From NCBI GenBank assembly GCA_029887795.1, contig JARXPE010000001.1:129386-193385 (forward strand): DNA of 64,000 nt, in the 5' to 3' direction. Position numbers and translations under genes: made by a program. This stretch comes from Thermoproteota archaeon. Lineage in GTDB: Archaea; Thermoproteota; Methanomethylicia; Methanomethylicales; Methanomethylicaceae. Positions 20,472 through 30,065 of the stretch are shown piece after piece. Position 1 is the stretch's first letter. Each line of letters opens with the position of its first letter. The notes beneath the pieces are model-generated. The model made no database searches and was not told where the DNA came from. It was given only the letters and a program-made list of their open reading frames with translations.

Positions 20472-21650
20472 TTGAATATAGTGATAATAGATTGTGCAGC
20501 CGCGGGCGTTTCTGGAGACAAGATACTTGCAGCAGCAGTCCATGCGGGCGGGGAAGATCTCCGACTCAGGGTTGAACGAACCATAAAATCAATTGTGGGC
20601 GACATGGTCTTTTATTTTGAGGATGCTGTAGAAAACGGGCTGAGAGGACTCAGGGTGGTCCATGGTATTCACGGTAGGAAATATGACGGGGATCTTGTTG
20701 AGGCTGTGAAATTAGCATCATCAAGGGTAGGTCTGAGCGGCTGGGGGGTGACTACAGCAACAAAGGCAGCAGAACTGATCCTCGAGGCAGAAAAAGAAGT
20801 TCATGGTGAAGGTACACTCCACGAGTTAGGGGAGATTGATACCATAGTCGATATAGTGGGCACGATAAAGGCATTTGAAGAACTCGGGCTGGAAGGTGCG
20901 GAGTTTTTTACCATGCCGTTAAGGGTAGGATCGGGGCACATAGAGAGTGAGCACGGAACCCTGCCGATCCCGGCACCAGCCACGCTTCAGATAGCTCGAA
21001 AGGGCAATGTGCCAATTTTGCTATCGCCTGAGAGTCATGAATACACAACGCCAACAGGAGCAGCATTGATCGCAGCCCTGACTTCGGGGAAAGTCGCACC
21101 ACCAGCCTTCCGTGTTAAGAGGATCGGTCTCGGGATAGGTAGCCTCAAATTGGATCTCCCCAACATTACCCGTGTCATAATAGGGGAGAGTAATGGCTTG
21201 ATAGAAAGGGTATGTGTGGTGGAAACTAATGTGGATGATGTTAGCGGGGAGATCCTGGGATGGTTGTTTGACAGGTTGAAGGGGGTTGCGGAGGACATTT
21301 CCTTCGTGCCTATATTCATGAAGAAGTCCAGACCGGGATTTTCTGTCAGGGTCGTTGTAAAACCAGAGCTGAAAGAAGAGGCAGTTAGAGTGCTTATGGA
21401 AGAGACAGGGACACTCGGCGTCAAGGTATTTAAGTGTGAGAGAGTCAAGGCTGACAGAGAGCTTTCGGAGGAGACCGTGAGAATAGGTTGCACAGAATAT
21501 AAGGTCAGGGTGAAAAAGAGTAAATCACCATGGAGGTTGAAGCCGGAGTTTGATGATTTGAAGAAAATAGCCATCAGCGAGTGTAAGAGTCTGAGAGAGG
21601 TTATGGAAGAGGTAATTAGACAGGTAAACAGAAATACCAAGAGGAAGTAA
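20472..21650 (+). CDS. larC: Nickel insertion protein LarC
   Basis: GVSGD, AEKEVHG..LHELG, HGTLPIPAPAT, TTPTGAA, ETNVDD, MKKSRPG, ETGTLG, KPEFDD. Confidence 0.93.
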   Translation: MNIVIIDCAAAGVSGDKILAAAVHAGGEDLRLRVERTIKSIVGDMVFYFEDAVENGLRGLRVVHGIHGRKYDGDLVEAVKLASSRVGLSGWGVTTATKAAELILEAEKEVHGEGTLHELGEIDTIVDIVGTIKAFEELGLEGAEFFTMPLRVGSGHIESEHGTLPIPAPATLQIARKGNVPILLSPESHEYTTPTGAALIAALTSGKVAPPAFRVKRIGLGIGSLKLDLPNITRVIIGESNGLIERVCVVETNVDDVSGEILGWLFDRLKGVAEDISFVPIFMKKSRPGFSVRVVVKPELKEEAVRVLMEETGTLGVKVFKCERVKADRELSEETVRIGCTEYKVRVKKSKSPWRLKPEFDDLKKIAISECKSLREVMEEVIRQVNRNTKRK

Positions 21651-21677
21651 AGAGGAAAAGGGATACGTAAAGAGCCA

Positions 21678-21743
21678 GATAGGTAGAAAGTAAAGATTTA
21701 GAGAGTAGGAATTTAGATAGGTGGATAGGTGGATAGGTAGAAA
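21678..21743 (+). repeat. GATAGGT repeats (four copies, three in 8-bp tandem)
   Basis: Copies at 21678, 21716, 21724, 21732 in a purine-rich spacer. Confidence 0.6.
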
Positions 21744-21763
21744 AATAGACGATAAAGAGGGAT

Positions 21764-22105
21764 TTGCCTGTGGAGACTTCAAAGAAATTGGAGGTTGAGG
21801 ACATTAAAGATTTGGCGAGACTTGTCGCGTCAACAGTTTCAATGGGACAGCCCATATATCTCGTGCATTTCAAACATAACGAGAGACATTACTATGGAGT
21901 TCTGGGGGTCTATAACAACTATTATGATAAATACGGTCTGCCTTTATTTTACTACCATGCGACGGACAAGCCTTATAATGGCAGGTACGTCTTGGTAAAG
22001 ATGGACGAAAGGGAAGAGATTTCATTTGCAGAGGGCGTTAAACCCGGGTGGATTGCGGTCCCGATAATTAACCTGAAAGAGAAACCAGAGTTTGTGGAGA
22101 TTTAA
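21764..22105 (+). CDS. Conserved hypothetical protein (crenarchaeal small-protein type)
   Basis: DLARLV...YYDKYGLPLFYY...PIINL; TTG start after GAGGG. Confidence 0.65.
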   Translation: MPVETSKKLEVEDIKDLARLVASTVSMGQPIYLVHFKHNERHYYGVLGVYNNYYDKYGLPLFYYHATDKPYNGRYVLVKMDEREEISFAEGVKPGWIAVPIINLKEKPEFVEI

Positions 22106-22132
22106 GTCCCATTTTTATGAAGACGCAACAGG

Positions 22133-22501
22133 TCACAATAGGGAGACTTTAACCCATTCTCCCTGCCTTACTTTTTTTAGGGGTTCCAAGTCAGTAACAA
22201 CCCTCCCGATTACATTAACAGGACTATATGGCTGAGATTTTCCGTAGAAGATGCAGAAGGCCCTACCTGGAGGCCAATAGGCCACATCGCCAGTTTGAAC
22301 TGTAGAGCGGGACTTCTCAGGACCCATTGTGACAGGAGTCTCGAAGTAAACCTCTTCTTTCCAAAGAAATGCTTTTGAGTTGAAGGGCAGGGCACCGACG
22401 AGCGCCTCTACGGTCCTTGGGGCTAAGATTCGAATCAGTTCAACTTTGCACTCAGCGCTCTGAAAAGAGACCTTCACTGGGATCTTGTCAATAAGATCCA
22501 T
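22133..22501 (-). CDS. Cyclophilin-like fold protein (DUF369/TM1367-like)
   Basis: WKEEVYFETPV, GDVAYWPPGRAFCIFYG, SPVNVIG. Confidence 0.85.
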   Translation of the reverse strand: MDLIDKIPVKVSFQSAECKVELIRILAPRTVEALVGALPFNSKAFLWKEEVYFETPVTMGPEKSRSTVQTGDVAYWPPGRAFCIFYGKSQPYSPVNVIGRVVTDLEPLKKVRQGEWVKVSLL

Positions 22502-22513
22502 CGGGTAGCCCCA

Positions 22514-22825
22514 CTATGCAGCAGGCATGTAGATATCGAGGCGGCGACCGCTCTTAACAGGCTTAAGTATGCCCTGCTTCGTGAGGGACTCGAGTATGTC
22601 CTTCGATATGCTGTACTTTAGGTTGTATTTGGAGTAAATCTGGTAGGGAGTTACAAATTTCATCTTACTTACTTCCTTCTTGATTTGATCCACTACCTTT
22701 GGATCGATCAATATCGTAGTGGAAGCCTTTGTTACTTCTTTCTTTGGGGCCTCTTTCTTGCCAGACTCAAGTTCTTTAGCAGGCTTTGGCGCCGACTTTT
22801 TTCCGCCGCCCATATAATACACCAA
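22514..22825 (-). CDS. rps25e: 30S ribosomal protein S25e
   Basis: MGGGKK N-terminus, VTPYQI..KYNLKYS...L..L..QG winged helix. Confidence 0.85.
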   Translation of the reverse strand: MVYYMGGGKKSAPKPAKELESGKKEAPKKEVTKASTTILIDPKVVDQIKKEVSKMKFVTPYQIYSKYNLKYSISKDILESLTKQGILKPVKSGRRLDIYMPAA

Positions 22826-22987
22826 AAGCCAAGATAAGGGTATTGAAATAAAAAGGTTTTGGTTTTCAGAGTTTCCTTGAGAGTCAAATATGTTTACGAA
22901 AATTTTCTACTTGGGATCTTCCAGATCAGATGGGGGTTTGAAGAGATGGAAAAAAGAGTAGACGGATATAATGATAAGGAGCGATTA

Positions 22988-24448
22988 TTATGAGGGAGTT
23001 TGAATAGGAGTGCTGTGAGCACGCTCCAAGATTGGTCTGTGAATAGAGTTCATTGTGCAGAATGGTATGATTTTTCCATCTGGGAATGCATAGTGGATCG
23101 TGCACCTATTCACACGATCCAGATCGAAGTTATAGGGATCCATGAAGTGCATGCACCCTATTAGGATGACCTTCCGCATGAACTGCCCCAAGGTATCATA
23201 ATCGCCTTGCATTAGTACGGACGAGACGAGGTTTCCCAAGAGTGACAGCTTAACGTGTCTCGTGGCGCCCAAGAGCCTCATTTTTGCCCTAAGCATAGAG
23301 CCTCTTGAGGCATCTTCGTAAACCTTGTTGAGCGAAGACATGAACTTTTCGACGTTGGCATAACGCGTTATTGGGACAATTTTGTCCCCCTCGGGAATGA
23401 TCATAGTCGCCATTCCGCAGTGTTGGTGGTTAGTGAACTCCTGGTACCGCCTCCCCTTGAGTGCGCCGACGGCTCTGGAGATGGGAAGAACGACTGGAAT
23501 GGGGTAAAAGTCGCTGACCTTGATCTCGCCGTTTGTCTGCTCCTCCGCTAGTTTTAGAACGTCAGGTATCGTTATCCGCATCTCTTTCAGCTTTTTCTTG
23601 TCTATCCTGCCTGCCATTGAAACCGGTTGGAAGTTTACTCCCCTGACCACATCGCTGTTCCTTGAGGCAAATCTTATTATAGCCCCTATCTGGTCATCGT
23701 TTATCCCTTTTACGACCGTTGGAACGAGAACGAGGCTGTCCAAGCCGACAGTCCTGCAATTTTCGATTACCTTTAGCTTTGTTTCGAAGAGATCTAAGCC
23801 TCTGGCTGCAATATATGGCCCAGGCTTCATGCCATCGAATTGTAGATATAGTGTGCTGAGCCCTGCATCCATGAGTCTCCTTAGGTAATCTATGTCCTTT
23901 GCAATCCTTATCCCGTTTGTATTAACTTCAATGTGGTGGAAGCCGAGTTCCTTCGCCATTGCAATGAGCTCGGGAAGATCCTCCCTAACGGTAGGCTCTC
24001 CGCCAGAGAACTGAATGGAGTTGGGAGCGACGGGTTGATTCTCTCTAAGGTTCTTTAGCATGGAGCGGACCTCGTCCTGGGTCGGCTCGTATAGGTAGCC
24101 GGCAGTTGCGGCGTTGGCGAAGCATATTGGACACTTGAGGTTGCATCTGTTGGTAACGTCAATTATAGACAGTACTGTATGGGATCTATGCGCAGGACAT
24201 ATTCCACAGTCGTATGGGCAACCCTTAACGGTCTGAGTCCTAGGGTTCTTGACGCCCTCGCCAATACACTCGTATCCTTCAACCTTCTTGAATAGCTCGT
24301 AATCGCTCCAGTAAACATCCTCAAATCTGCCGTGGGACGGGCATGTTTTCGCTATGTAAACCGCACCGTCCTCTTCGTATATATCAGCATCCAAGACCTG
24401 CATGCATTCAGGACAAAGACTCTTAGTTTTCTTTATGATCTGCATCAC
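22988..24448 (-). CDS. tes: Tetraether lipid synthase (Tes/GDGT-MAS; radical SAM)
   Basis: N-terminal CPEC..CPSH, CPYDCGICPAH, CNLKCPIC, HCG, GCMHFMDPYNFD..R..RC, PFC. Confidence 0.88.
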   Translation of the reverse strand: MMQIIKKTKSLCPECMQVLDADIYEEDGAVYIAKTCPSHGRFEDVYWSDYELFKKVEGYECIGEGVKNPRTQTVKGCPYDCGICPAHRSHTVLSIIDVTNRCNLKCPICFANAATAGYLYEPTQDEVRSMLKNLRENQPVAPNSIQFSGGEPTVREDLPELIAMAKELGFHHIEVNTNGIRIAKDIDYLRRLMDAGLSTLYLQFDGMKPGPYIAARGLDLFETKLKVIENCRTVGLDSLVLVPTVVKGINDDQIGAIIRFASRNSDVVRGVNFQPVSMAGRIDKKKLKEMRITIPDVLKLAEEQTNGEIKVSDFYPIPVVLPISRAVGALKGRRYQEFTNHQHCGMATMIIPEGDKIVPITRYANVEKFMSSLNKVYEDASRGSMLRAKMRLLGATRHVKLSLLGNLVSSVLMQGDYDTLGQFMRKVILIGCMHFMDPYNFDLDRVNRCTIHYAFPDGKIIPFCTMNSIHRPILERAHSTPIQTPS

Positions 24449-24508
24449 AGATCACGCCGGCAACTTCACCATTAATTTATATTTGAATATTTTCATATAC
24501 TTCATAAG

Positions 24509-25258
24509 TTGATACGTATGTTAGAGGTCGAAGTTATCAGGGCTCTGAGGGATTGTGGGCTGACGGAGACCGAGGCAAAAGTTTACTTGGCATTAATAAG
24601 AAGTAAGGGTGATGCAAAAGAGATCAGTGCGAGGAGCAAGGTCCCCTACAGCAAGATCCACACAGTTTTGTCCAGCCTCCTGGAGAAGTCGCTGATAACA
24701 GCATCGAGCGACAGACCAGTTGTATACTCCGCAAGAAGTGTTGGTGAGGGGCTCGGAGAGTATAAGATCAGAGTACAGAAGGGCATTGAGGAAGCTTTTA
24801 GGAGGGCGGAGCAGGCTTTGACGGAAATTCAGGGAGAACCCGAGAAGTCGGATATTTGGATTATAAAGAGCAGTGAGGAGATTTTAAGTAAGGCTCATCA
24901 CATGCTGAGGATGTCGAAAAGAGAGGTAAAGTTGGCACTACCAATCATGCCAGAATGGTTGAACGAGGAAATTTTGCCAGTTCTGATCAGATTGAGGGCT
25001 CAGGAAGTCGAAGTGAAAGTGCTTGTGACAACGGAGGTTAATGAAGGCGTAGTTCATAAGTTATCGGAAATTTCCACGGTGAGGAGGAGGGACAAGATGT
25101 TTGGAGGCGGACTGATCGTAGACGATGTCGAGGTCATGCTCTTCATAGGTAGCAACGGGGGCGCGATGGGTACAGCCATATGGGCAAGCCACCCGGGCTT
25201 GGTGGAGCTCGCCAGCGACTACTTTGACTTTTTGTGGGCTGGCTCGGAGACGCCTTGA
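24509..25258 (+). CDS. TrmB-family transcriptional regulator
   Basis: GLTETEAKVYLAL wHTH plus C-terminal effector domain. Confidence 0.85.
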   Translation: MIRMLEVEVIRALRDCGLTETEAKVYLALIRSKGDAKEISARSKVPYSKIHTVLSSLLEKSLITASSDRPVVYSARSVGEGLGEYKIRVQKGIEEAFRRAEQALTEIQGEPEKSDIWIIKSSEEILSKAHHMLRMSKREVKLALPIMPEWLNEEILPVLIRLRAQEVEVKVLVTTEVNEGVVHKLSEISTVRRRDKMFGGGLIVDDVEVMLFIGSNGGAMGTAIWASHPGLVELASDYFDFLWAGSETP

Positions 25259-25986
25259 GACCTCATAGGTGTCAGACCACCGCGCTCTATGGTGAAGTAG
25301 TGCCAAACGGTGTCATGCATGGCACCCTTCATCTTTCTCACGCGTAGCTGTCTGGCAAGGAGACCTTGTTGCGCCAGTAACGGATCGAACCGGAAATCGA
25401 TTATTCCGTCCACAAGATAGTCAATCATGGCAGCGAACTCGTCTATTGTCTTCAGGCCAATATGGTATGTTGCGAAGATGGGGATCCCCATCATCTTGCA
25501 GAACTCGACCCTCCAATTCTTTACGGTCTCGAGGGTTGAGGTGGGTTCACTAATCGTAAAAAACTCTGTAAGGGAGTCGATGAATATGGCACCCTTTCCC
25601 TCCATCCCTTCAGCTGTGGAAAGGAGAGTGCCTGTGAGTTCGTGATGGTCCTTCGGATTCTGAACTACACGGATTCCGTCTGTCGGCTTGGGTAGCATTC
25701 GGGCTCTAAAGGAGAAGCAGTCAACAATCCGAAGGATGTTATTTGCAAGAGCCCCGCGAACCTCGTATCCGAGGCGTAGGAAGTTATTTATTATGGATGA
25801 TGGGCTGTCGTCGAACGTAATGAACATGCATGGCTCACCTAACCTAATTCTAGTGCCTGCGGCCTGTGCTAGCGCCACAGACTTGCCCGTGCCCCCCTCC
25901 CCAAATAAAAGTACGAAGCTGTTCCTCGGCATACCATCTGGCAATAGAGAATCTATCATAGGGATTCCTAAAGTGATGTATGACAT
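25219..25986 (-). CDS. Single-domain KaiC/RAD55-family ATPase
   Basis: GEGGTGKS Walker A, FIDSLT Walker B, YLVDGII, R.L.V.KMKG. Confidence 0.88.
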   Translation of the reverse strand: MSYITLGIPMIDSLLPDGMPRNSFVLLFGEGGTGKSVALAQAAGTRIRLGEPCMFITFDDSPSSIINNFLRLGYEVRGALANNILRIVDCFSFRARMLPKPTDGIRVVQNPKDHHELTGTLLSTAEGMEGKGAIFIDSLTEFFTISEPTSTLETVKNWRVEFCKMMGIPIFATYHIGLKTIDEFAAMIDYLVDGIIDFRFDPLLAQQGLLARQLRVRKMKGAMHDTVWHYFTIERGGLTPMRSQGVSEPAHKKSK

Positions 25987-26171
25987 ATGACTTCAACGCT
26001 TTAATTTTTGTGCCTTCTGGCTTAAAAATAAGACCTTTTTTTGGCTCAGTTGTACAGGAATAATAATTCGAATAATGATTAAAATTAATGATTTTGTAAA
26101 AATGACAATTTAAAAGAAAAATATAATAGTCACCATTTTAAACTTTATCGGTATTGTTTGGAGGGTTTTCG

Positions 26172-27146
26172 TTGGCTAAAAATGGAAAGAGGATTTTAGT
26201 TGCCCTTGGCGGCAATGCAATAAAGCAAGCACATGAGAAAGGAACGGCTGAAGAGCAGTTTAAGAATGTGTACACCACAGCTAAACACCTAGTGAACATG
26301 ATAGAACACCTAGGAAAGGACGACAGGCTCATAATCACACACGGAAACGGGCCTCAGGCCGGAAACTTGGCGCTTCAACAAGACATTGCCAAGGATGTTG
26401 TGCCGCCACAGCCGCTTGATGTCGTGGGTGCCATGACGCAGGGGCAGATAGGCTACATGTTGCAGCAATGTCTGGAAAACATAATGATGGAGAAGGGTAT
26501 GAAGGTCCCAGTGGTCGCTATAGTCAATCAAGTGCTCGTTGACAAAAACGATCCTGAATTCTTTGGGGAGAACGCCTCAAAGCCAGTTGGAAACTTCTTA
26601 ACAGAAGAAGAAGCCATGAAGATGAAGGCGGAGAAGGGGTGGATTGTAAAGAAAGTGAAGCCCAATGCACCAAAGCCATGGAGGAGAGTAGTCCCATCGC
26701 CAGATCCCATTGCAAATGTTGAGGCAGATGTCATAAAGATACTCGTGGACTCTGGCGTCGTCGTCATAGCCTCGGGCGGAGGGGGAATCCCAGTCATAAA
26801 GGAAAATGGGAAGCTCGTAGGGGTCGAGGCTGTGATCGATAAGGATCTGGCTGGCGAGAGGCTTGCAGAAGTCGTGGAGGCGGACATATTCCTGATTCTG
26901 ACTGATGTCGAGAAGGCTAAACTCAACTTTGGAAAGCCAAATGAGAAGGAGATCGACAGGATGACGGTGTCGGAGGCTAAGAAGTACTTAGATGAGGGGC
27001 ATTTCCTCCCAGGCAGCATGGGACCGAAGGTTAAGGCGTGTATTAGGTTCCTGGAGTGGGGAGGCAAAGAAGCGATAATAACTTCGCTGGACAAGGCAGT
27101 AGACGCCCTAGAGGGAAGAACCGGCACTCACATAGTAAAGGATTAA
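26172..27146 (+). CDS. arcC: Carbamate kinase
   Basis: ALGGNA, THGNGPQ, TQGQIGY, KPVG, RRVVPSP, GGGGIP, AVIDKD, GSMGPK. Confidence 0.95.
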   Translation: MAKNGKRILVALGGNAIKQAHEKGTAEEQFKNVYTTAKHLVNMIEHLGKDDRLIITHGNGPQAGNLALQQDIAKDVVPPQPLDVVGAMTQGQIGYMLQQCLENIMMEKGMKVPVVAIVNQVLVDKNDPEFFGENASKPVGNFLTEEEAMKMKAEKGWIVKKVKPNAPKPWRRVVPSPDPIANVEADVIKILVDSGVVVIASGGGGIPVIKENGKLVGVEAVIDKDLAGERLAEVVEADIFLILTDVEKAKLNFGKPNEKEIDRMTVSEAKKYLDEGHFLPGSMGPKVKACIRFLEWGGKEAIITSLDKAVDALEGRTGTHIVKD

Positions 27147-27286
27147 CTTTGGGCTCTGGTCTGATGTCATACTTCATCTTTTAGTCCGTAATACCAGCAC
27201 TCATCATAGCCCAATTATCCTAACACCTATTTTTTTAATAAACTTGACGGGTGATGCATAAGGCTTATTAGTAGTAATATAGGATA

Positions 27287-27334
27287 TTTGGATGGACAAT
27301 CCGTCCAAATGGTGTCATCTCGTCCACCTTTTTT
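27287..27334 (+). other. Intergenic hairpin(s) followed by oligo-T
   Basis: TTTGGATGGA-caa-TCCGTCCAAA; alternative pairing GGATGGAC/GTCCACC before TTTTTT. Confidence 0.35.
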
Positions 27335-27440
27335 CTATTTTTAAGGTGCTTAGAAGGTTAACGAGGCGTTTAAATGAAAGCCTAGGAGTTTTCTGCCGAT
27401 AAGGTTAAAATGGGCAATATTTTATACATATAAAATACTG

Positions 27441-28517
27441 GTGAAAACGATGAAGATTAAGGTAGCAATTGTGGGTGTTGGCAACTGCGCATCAGCCTTG
27501 GTCCAAGGGACCTACTTCTACAGGGATGCCCCCGAGGACAAAGATATCCCAGGGCTATTGCACGTTAATATGGGAGGATATCACGTCAGAGATCTAGAGT
27601 TTGTGGCGGCGTTTGATGTTGATGCTAATAAGGTAGGCAAAGACCTGTCAGAGGCAATTTTTGCAAGACCTAATAACACCAGGAAGTTCTGCGACGTCCC
27701 AAAGTTGGGGGTGACCGTTAAGAAGGGACCCGTGATGGACGGTTTGGGAAAATACCTGAAGGAATTTCTGACCGTGAGTGACGAGAAAGAGGTTGATGTT
27801 GCAGAGGAATTAAAGAGTTCTGGCGCAGAGATAGTCGTGAACTATCTGCCTGTGGGGTCAGAGCAGGCGGTGAGATGGTACGCGGAGCAGGCGCTAAAAG
27901 CCGGATGTGCCTTCGTTAACTGTATGCCGGTCTTCATAGCCTCCGACAAGGCATGGCAGAAGAAGTTCAAGGATAGGAATCTGCCTGTGGCTGGTGACGA
28001 CGTAATGAGCCAACTAGGTGCAACGGTCCTTCACAAGACCCTCGCCAAGCTTATGGTCGACAGAGGTGTGAGGATCATCGAGAGCTACCAGCTCAACATT
28101 GGAGGAGACACTGATTTTTTAAATATGCTTGAAGAGGCACGGCTAGTCTCCAAGAGGATAAGCAAGACCTCAGCTGTACAAGCAATGATCCCTTACGATA
28201 TTCCATTGAGGATCGGGCCCTCTGACTATGTGCAATTCCTAGACAACAAGAAGATCTGCTACATATACATTAAAGGAGAGTATTTCGGTGGCACGCCGGT
28301 TCAAGTTGATGTAAAGCTGGACGTCTGGGACGCGCCTAACAGCGGCGGGGTGGTGATAGATGTGATAAGGGCATGCAAGATTGCCCTAGACAGAGGGATT
28401 TCGGGACCGCTCATCAGTGCCTCGGCGTTCGCATTTAAACATCCACCAGAGCAGATGCCTTACGAGGTTGCGAAGAGGTGCTTTGAAGAGTTCATAGAGG
28501 GTAAAAGGGAAAGGTAA
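27441..28517 (+). CDS. ino1: myo-inositol-1-phosphate synthase
   Basis: GVGNCASALVQG, NYLPVGS, GDD, QLNIGG.TDFLNM, SKT, GPSDY, D.PNSGG. Confidence 0.93.
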   Translation: MKTMKIKVAIVGVGNCASALVQGTYFYRDAPEDKDIPGLLHVNMGGYHVRDLEFVAAFDVDANKVGKDLSEAIFARPNNTRKFCDVPKLGVTVKKGPVMDGLGKYLKEFLTVSDEKEVDVAEELKSSGAEIVVNYLPVGSEQAVRWYAEQALKAGCAFVNCMPVFIASDKAWQKKFKDRNLPVAGDDVMSQLGATVLHKTLAKLMVDRGVRIIESYQLNIGGDTDFLNMLEEARLVSKRISKTSAVQAMIPYDIPLRIGPSDYVQFLDNKKICYIYIKGEYFGGTPVQVDVKLDVWDAPNSGGVVIDVIRACKIALDRGISGPLISASAFAFKHPPEQMPYEVAKRCFEEFIEGKRER

Positions 28518-28605
28518 AATAGGGAAATTGAGGCGGACTTTTAATCACTATCAACATTTTTGTAAAAAAGATAAAAAATCTGTGAAACTGGTAAAATAAA
28601 AAAAG

Positions 28606-28917
28606 TTATGGGGTGGGTACCACAGACCTTCCCGAGAACCTTATTGCTTCGGCGGCATTGTCAGGTTTAATCTCGAAAGCAAGTGGTCGTTCGCACCACC
28701 AGAATTTTTGTGCCTTATCCGCCCTATAGTAGGGGCAGATCGGGCAGCACTTTGCCTCAAGCTTCAATAGATACCAGATCGGTGGTGCCTCATCGGACGG
28801 ATAGCTTTTCTGTGGCCATGGTTTCTCTTTTGACACGTATCCGGGGCACTTCGGGCTGACCCTAGGTTCTTGGTTCAGGATGTTCTTATATTCTGGGCAT
28901 AATATGCAGCATGGCAT
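28606..28917 (-). CDS. Small Cys-rich protein with duplicated CCxxCPxY motif
   Basis: ATG 14 nt after the carbamoyltransferase stop; CCILCPEY and CCPICPYY. Confidence 0.55.
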   Translation of the reverse strand: MPCCILCPEYKNILNQEPRVSPKCPGYVSKEKPWPQKSYPSDEAPPIWYLLKLEAKCCPICPYYRADKAQKFWWCERPLAFEIKPDNAAEAIRFSGRSVVPTP

Positions 28918-28931
28918 TGGATATAACCCCC

Positions 28932-29969
28932 TTATCTCCTTCCTCCCATTGTAAGGGCCATAATGCCCTTCTGTCCGTGTAGCCTGTTCTCTGCCTCGTC
29001 CACTGAGACGGACCATCTATTTGAGAATATCACCTCGGGTTCGACCTCAAGACCGACGTCGGCAGGCAGGCAGTGCATCCAGATACTGTTCTTGCGAGTC
29101 CTGTCCATCAGCTCGGGTGTCGTCTTCCAAGCGGCCAGGTTGTGAGTCTTCTTGTACTCCTCGTGTAGCTTTTCGTCGTAACCTCCTGCCTTTAAAAGTT
29201 CCCAGCTGCACCATCCCTTAGGATACACAACGAGCGCATCCTCAAAAGCCTCTTCCATATTGTGGACGATCTCGAACTTTGTGCCGTACTGGTCGGCGAG
29301 CTTTCTGGTATATTCCTCGACTGCTGGGTCTAGGTTGAACTTCTCAGGGTATGCTAGGGTGACGTCCATCTGAAGAAGTCTTGTGAAGAAGATTATGTTT
29401 GTCTGAGGGACTGCGACCGGCTTCCATGCGCCAGGGCTGTTGGCATAGCACATCACGAACTTCTTTCCTCTCAGGCTCCTGGCGTTGTATTTTTCGATCA
29501 CGGTCATCACATCTGCGACGCCTTGGCAGGGGTGCCACATATCGCATTCCATATTAATTACGGGGACTGTAGAGGCCTTGGCATACTCTCTCATTGTAAG
29601 GTTGCCTTCTCCGTAGTACTGACCCTTTACATATCTCCTTATGGCGATACCGTCACACATTCTGCTCATAATTGCGGCGGTCTCGTAAATGGTTTCACCA
29701 TGGGTTATCTGGAGCTTTCCTGGATCCAAGTCGTACGCCACGCCACCAAGCTGGGTTATTCCTGTAATGAAAGAGGACCTAGTCCTTGTGGAAGGGTTGA
29801 AGAACAGCGTAAATAGAGATTTGCCCTTGCAAAGATGGTCGTGTCTCTGACCCATTGCGTACTGCCTCTTCAGGTCGAATGAGACGTCCAATACTGTCCA
29901 AAGCTCTTCGTCACTCCATTCTATCTCGGGAGCTATCCAATGTTTTCCATGGAGTTCTGTTTTTACCAA
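28932..29969 (-). CDS. YgeW/AOTCase-like (knotted-type) carbamoyltransferase
   Basis: FFNPSTRT, HPCQ, HCLPAD; YANSPGAWKPVAVPQ loop and YPKGW in place of the OTCase DxxxSMG. Confidence 0.8.
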   Translation of the reverse strand: MVKTELHGKHWIAPEIEWSDEELWTVLDVSFDLKRQYAMGQRHDHLCKGKSLFTLFFNPSTRTRSSFITGITQLGGVAYDLDPGKLQITHGETIYETAAIMSRMCDGIAIRRYVKGQYYGEGNLTMREYAKASTVPVINMECDMWHPCQGVADVMTVIEKYNARSLRGKKFVMCYANSPGAWKPVAVPQTNIIFFTRLLQMDVTLAYPEKFNLDPAVEEYTRKLADQYGTKFEIVHNMEEAFEDALVVYPKGWCSWELLKAGGYDEKLHEEYKKTHNLAAWKTTPELMDRTRKNSIWMHCLPADVGLEVEPEVIFSNRWSVSVDEAENRLHGQKGIMALTMGGRR

Positions 29970-30065
29970 ATATCTCCCTCCGAGTTTTTGCTGGAATTGG
30001 GTATTGAGTTTTGGTTTAATAATACTTTCGCGAGGATTTTAAGAAACTATCACAAAAAAAAGAGG

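Noticed and set aside
16298-21743. Short repeats at 16298-16360 and 21678-21743 as CRISPR arrays
   Set aside because: Units are 6-8 nt without unique spacers; no cas genes
25219-25986. Circadian clock KaiC
   Set aside because: Single-domain KaiC/RAD55-like ATPases are common in archaea; no kaiB and no ST phosphosite pair
28932-29969. Ordinary ornithine or aspartate carbamoyltransferase
   Set aside because: Lacks DxxxSMG (OTCase) and RxQxER/HPLP (ATCase); carries the YgeW-like loop
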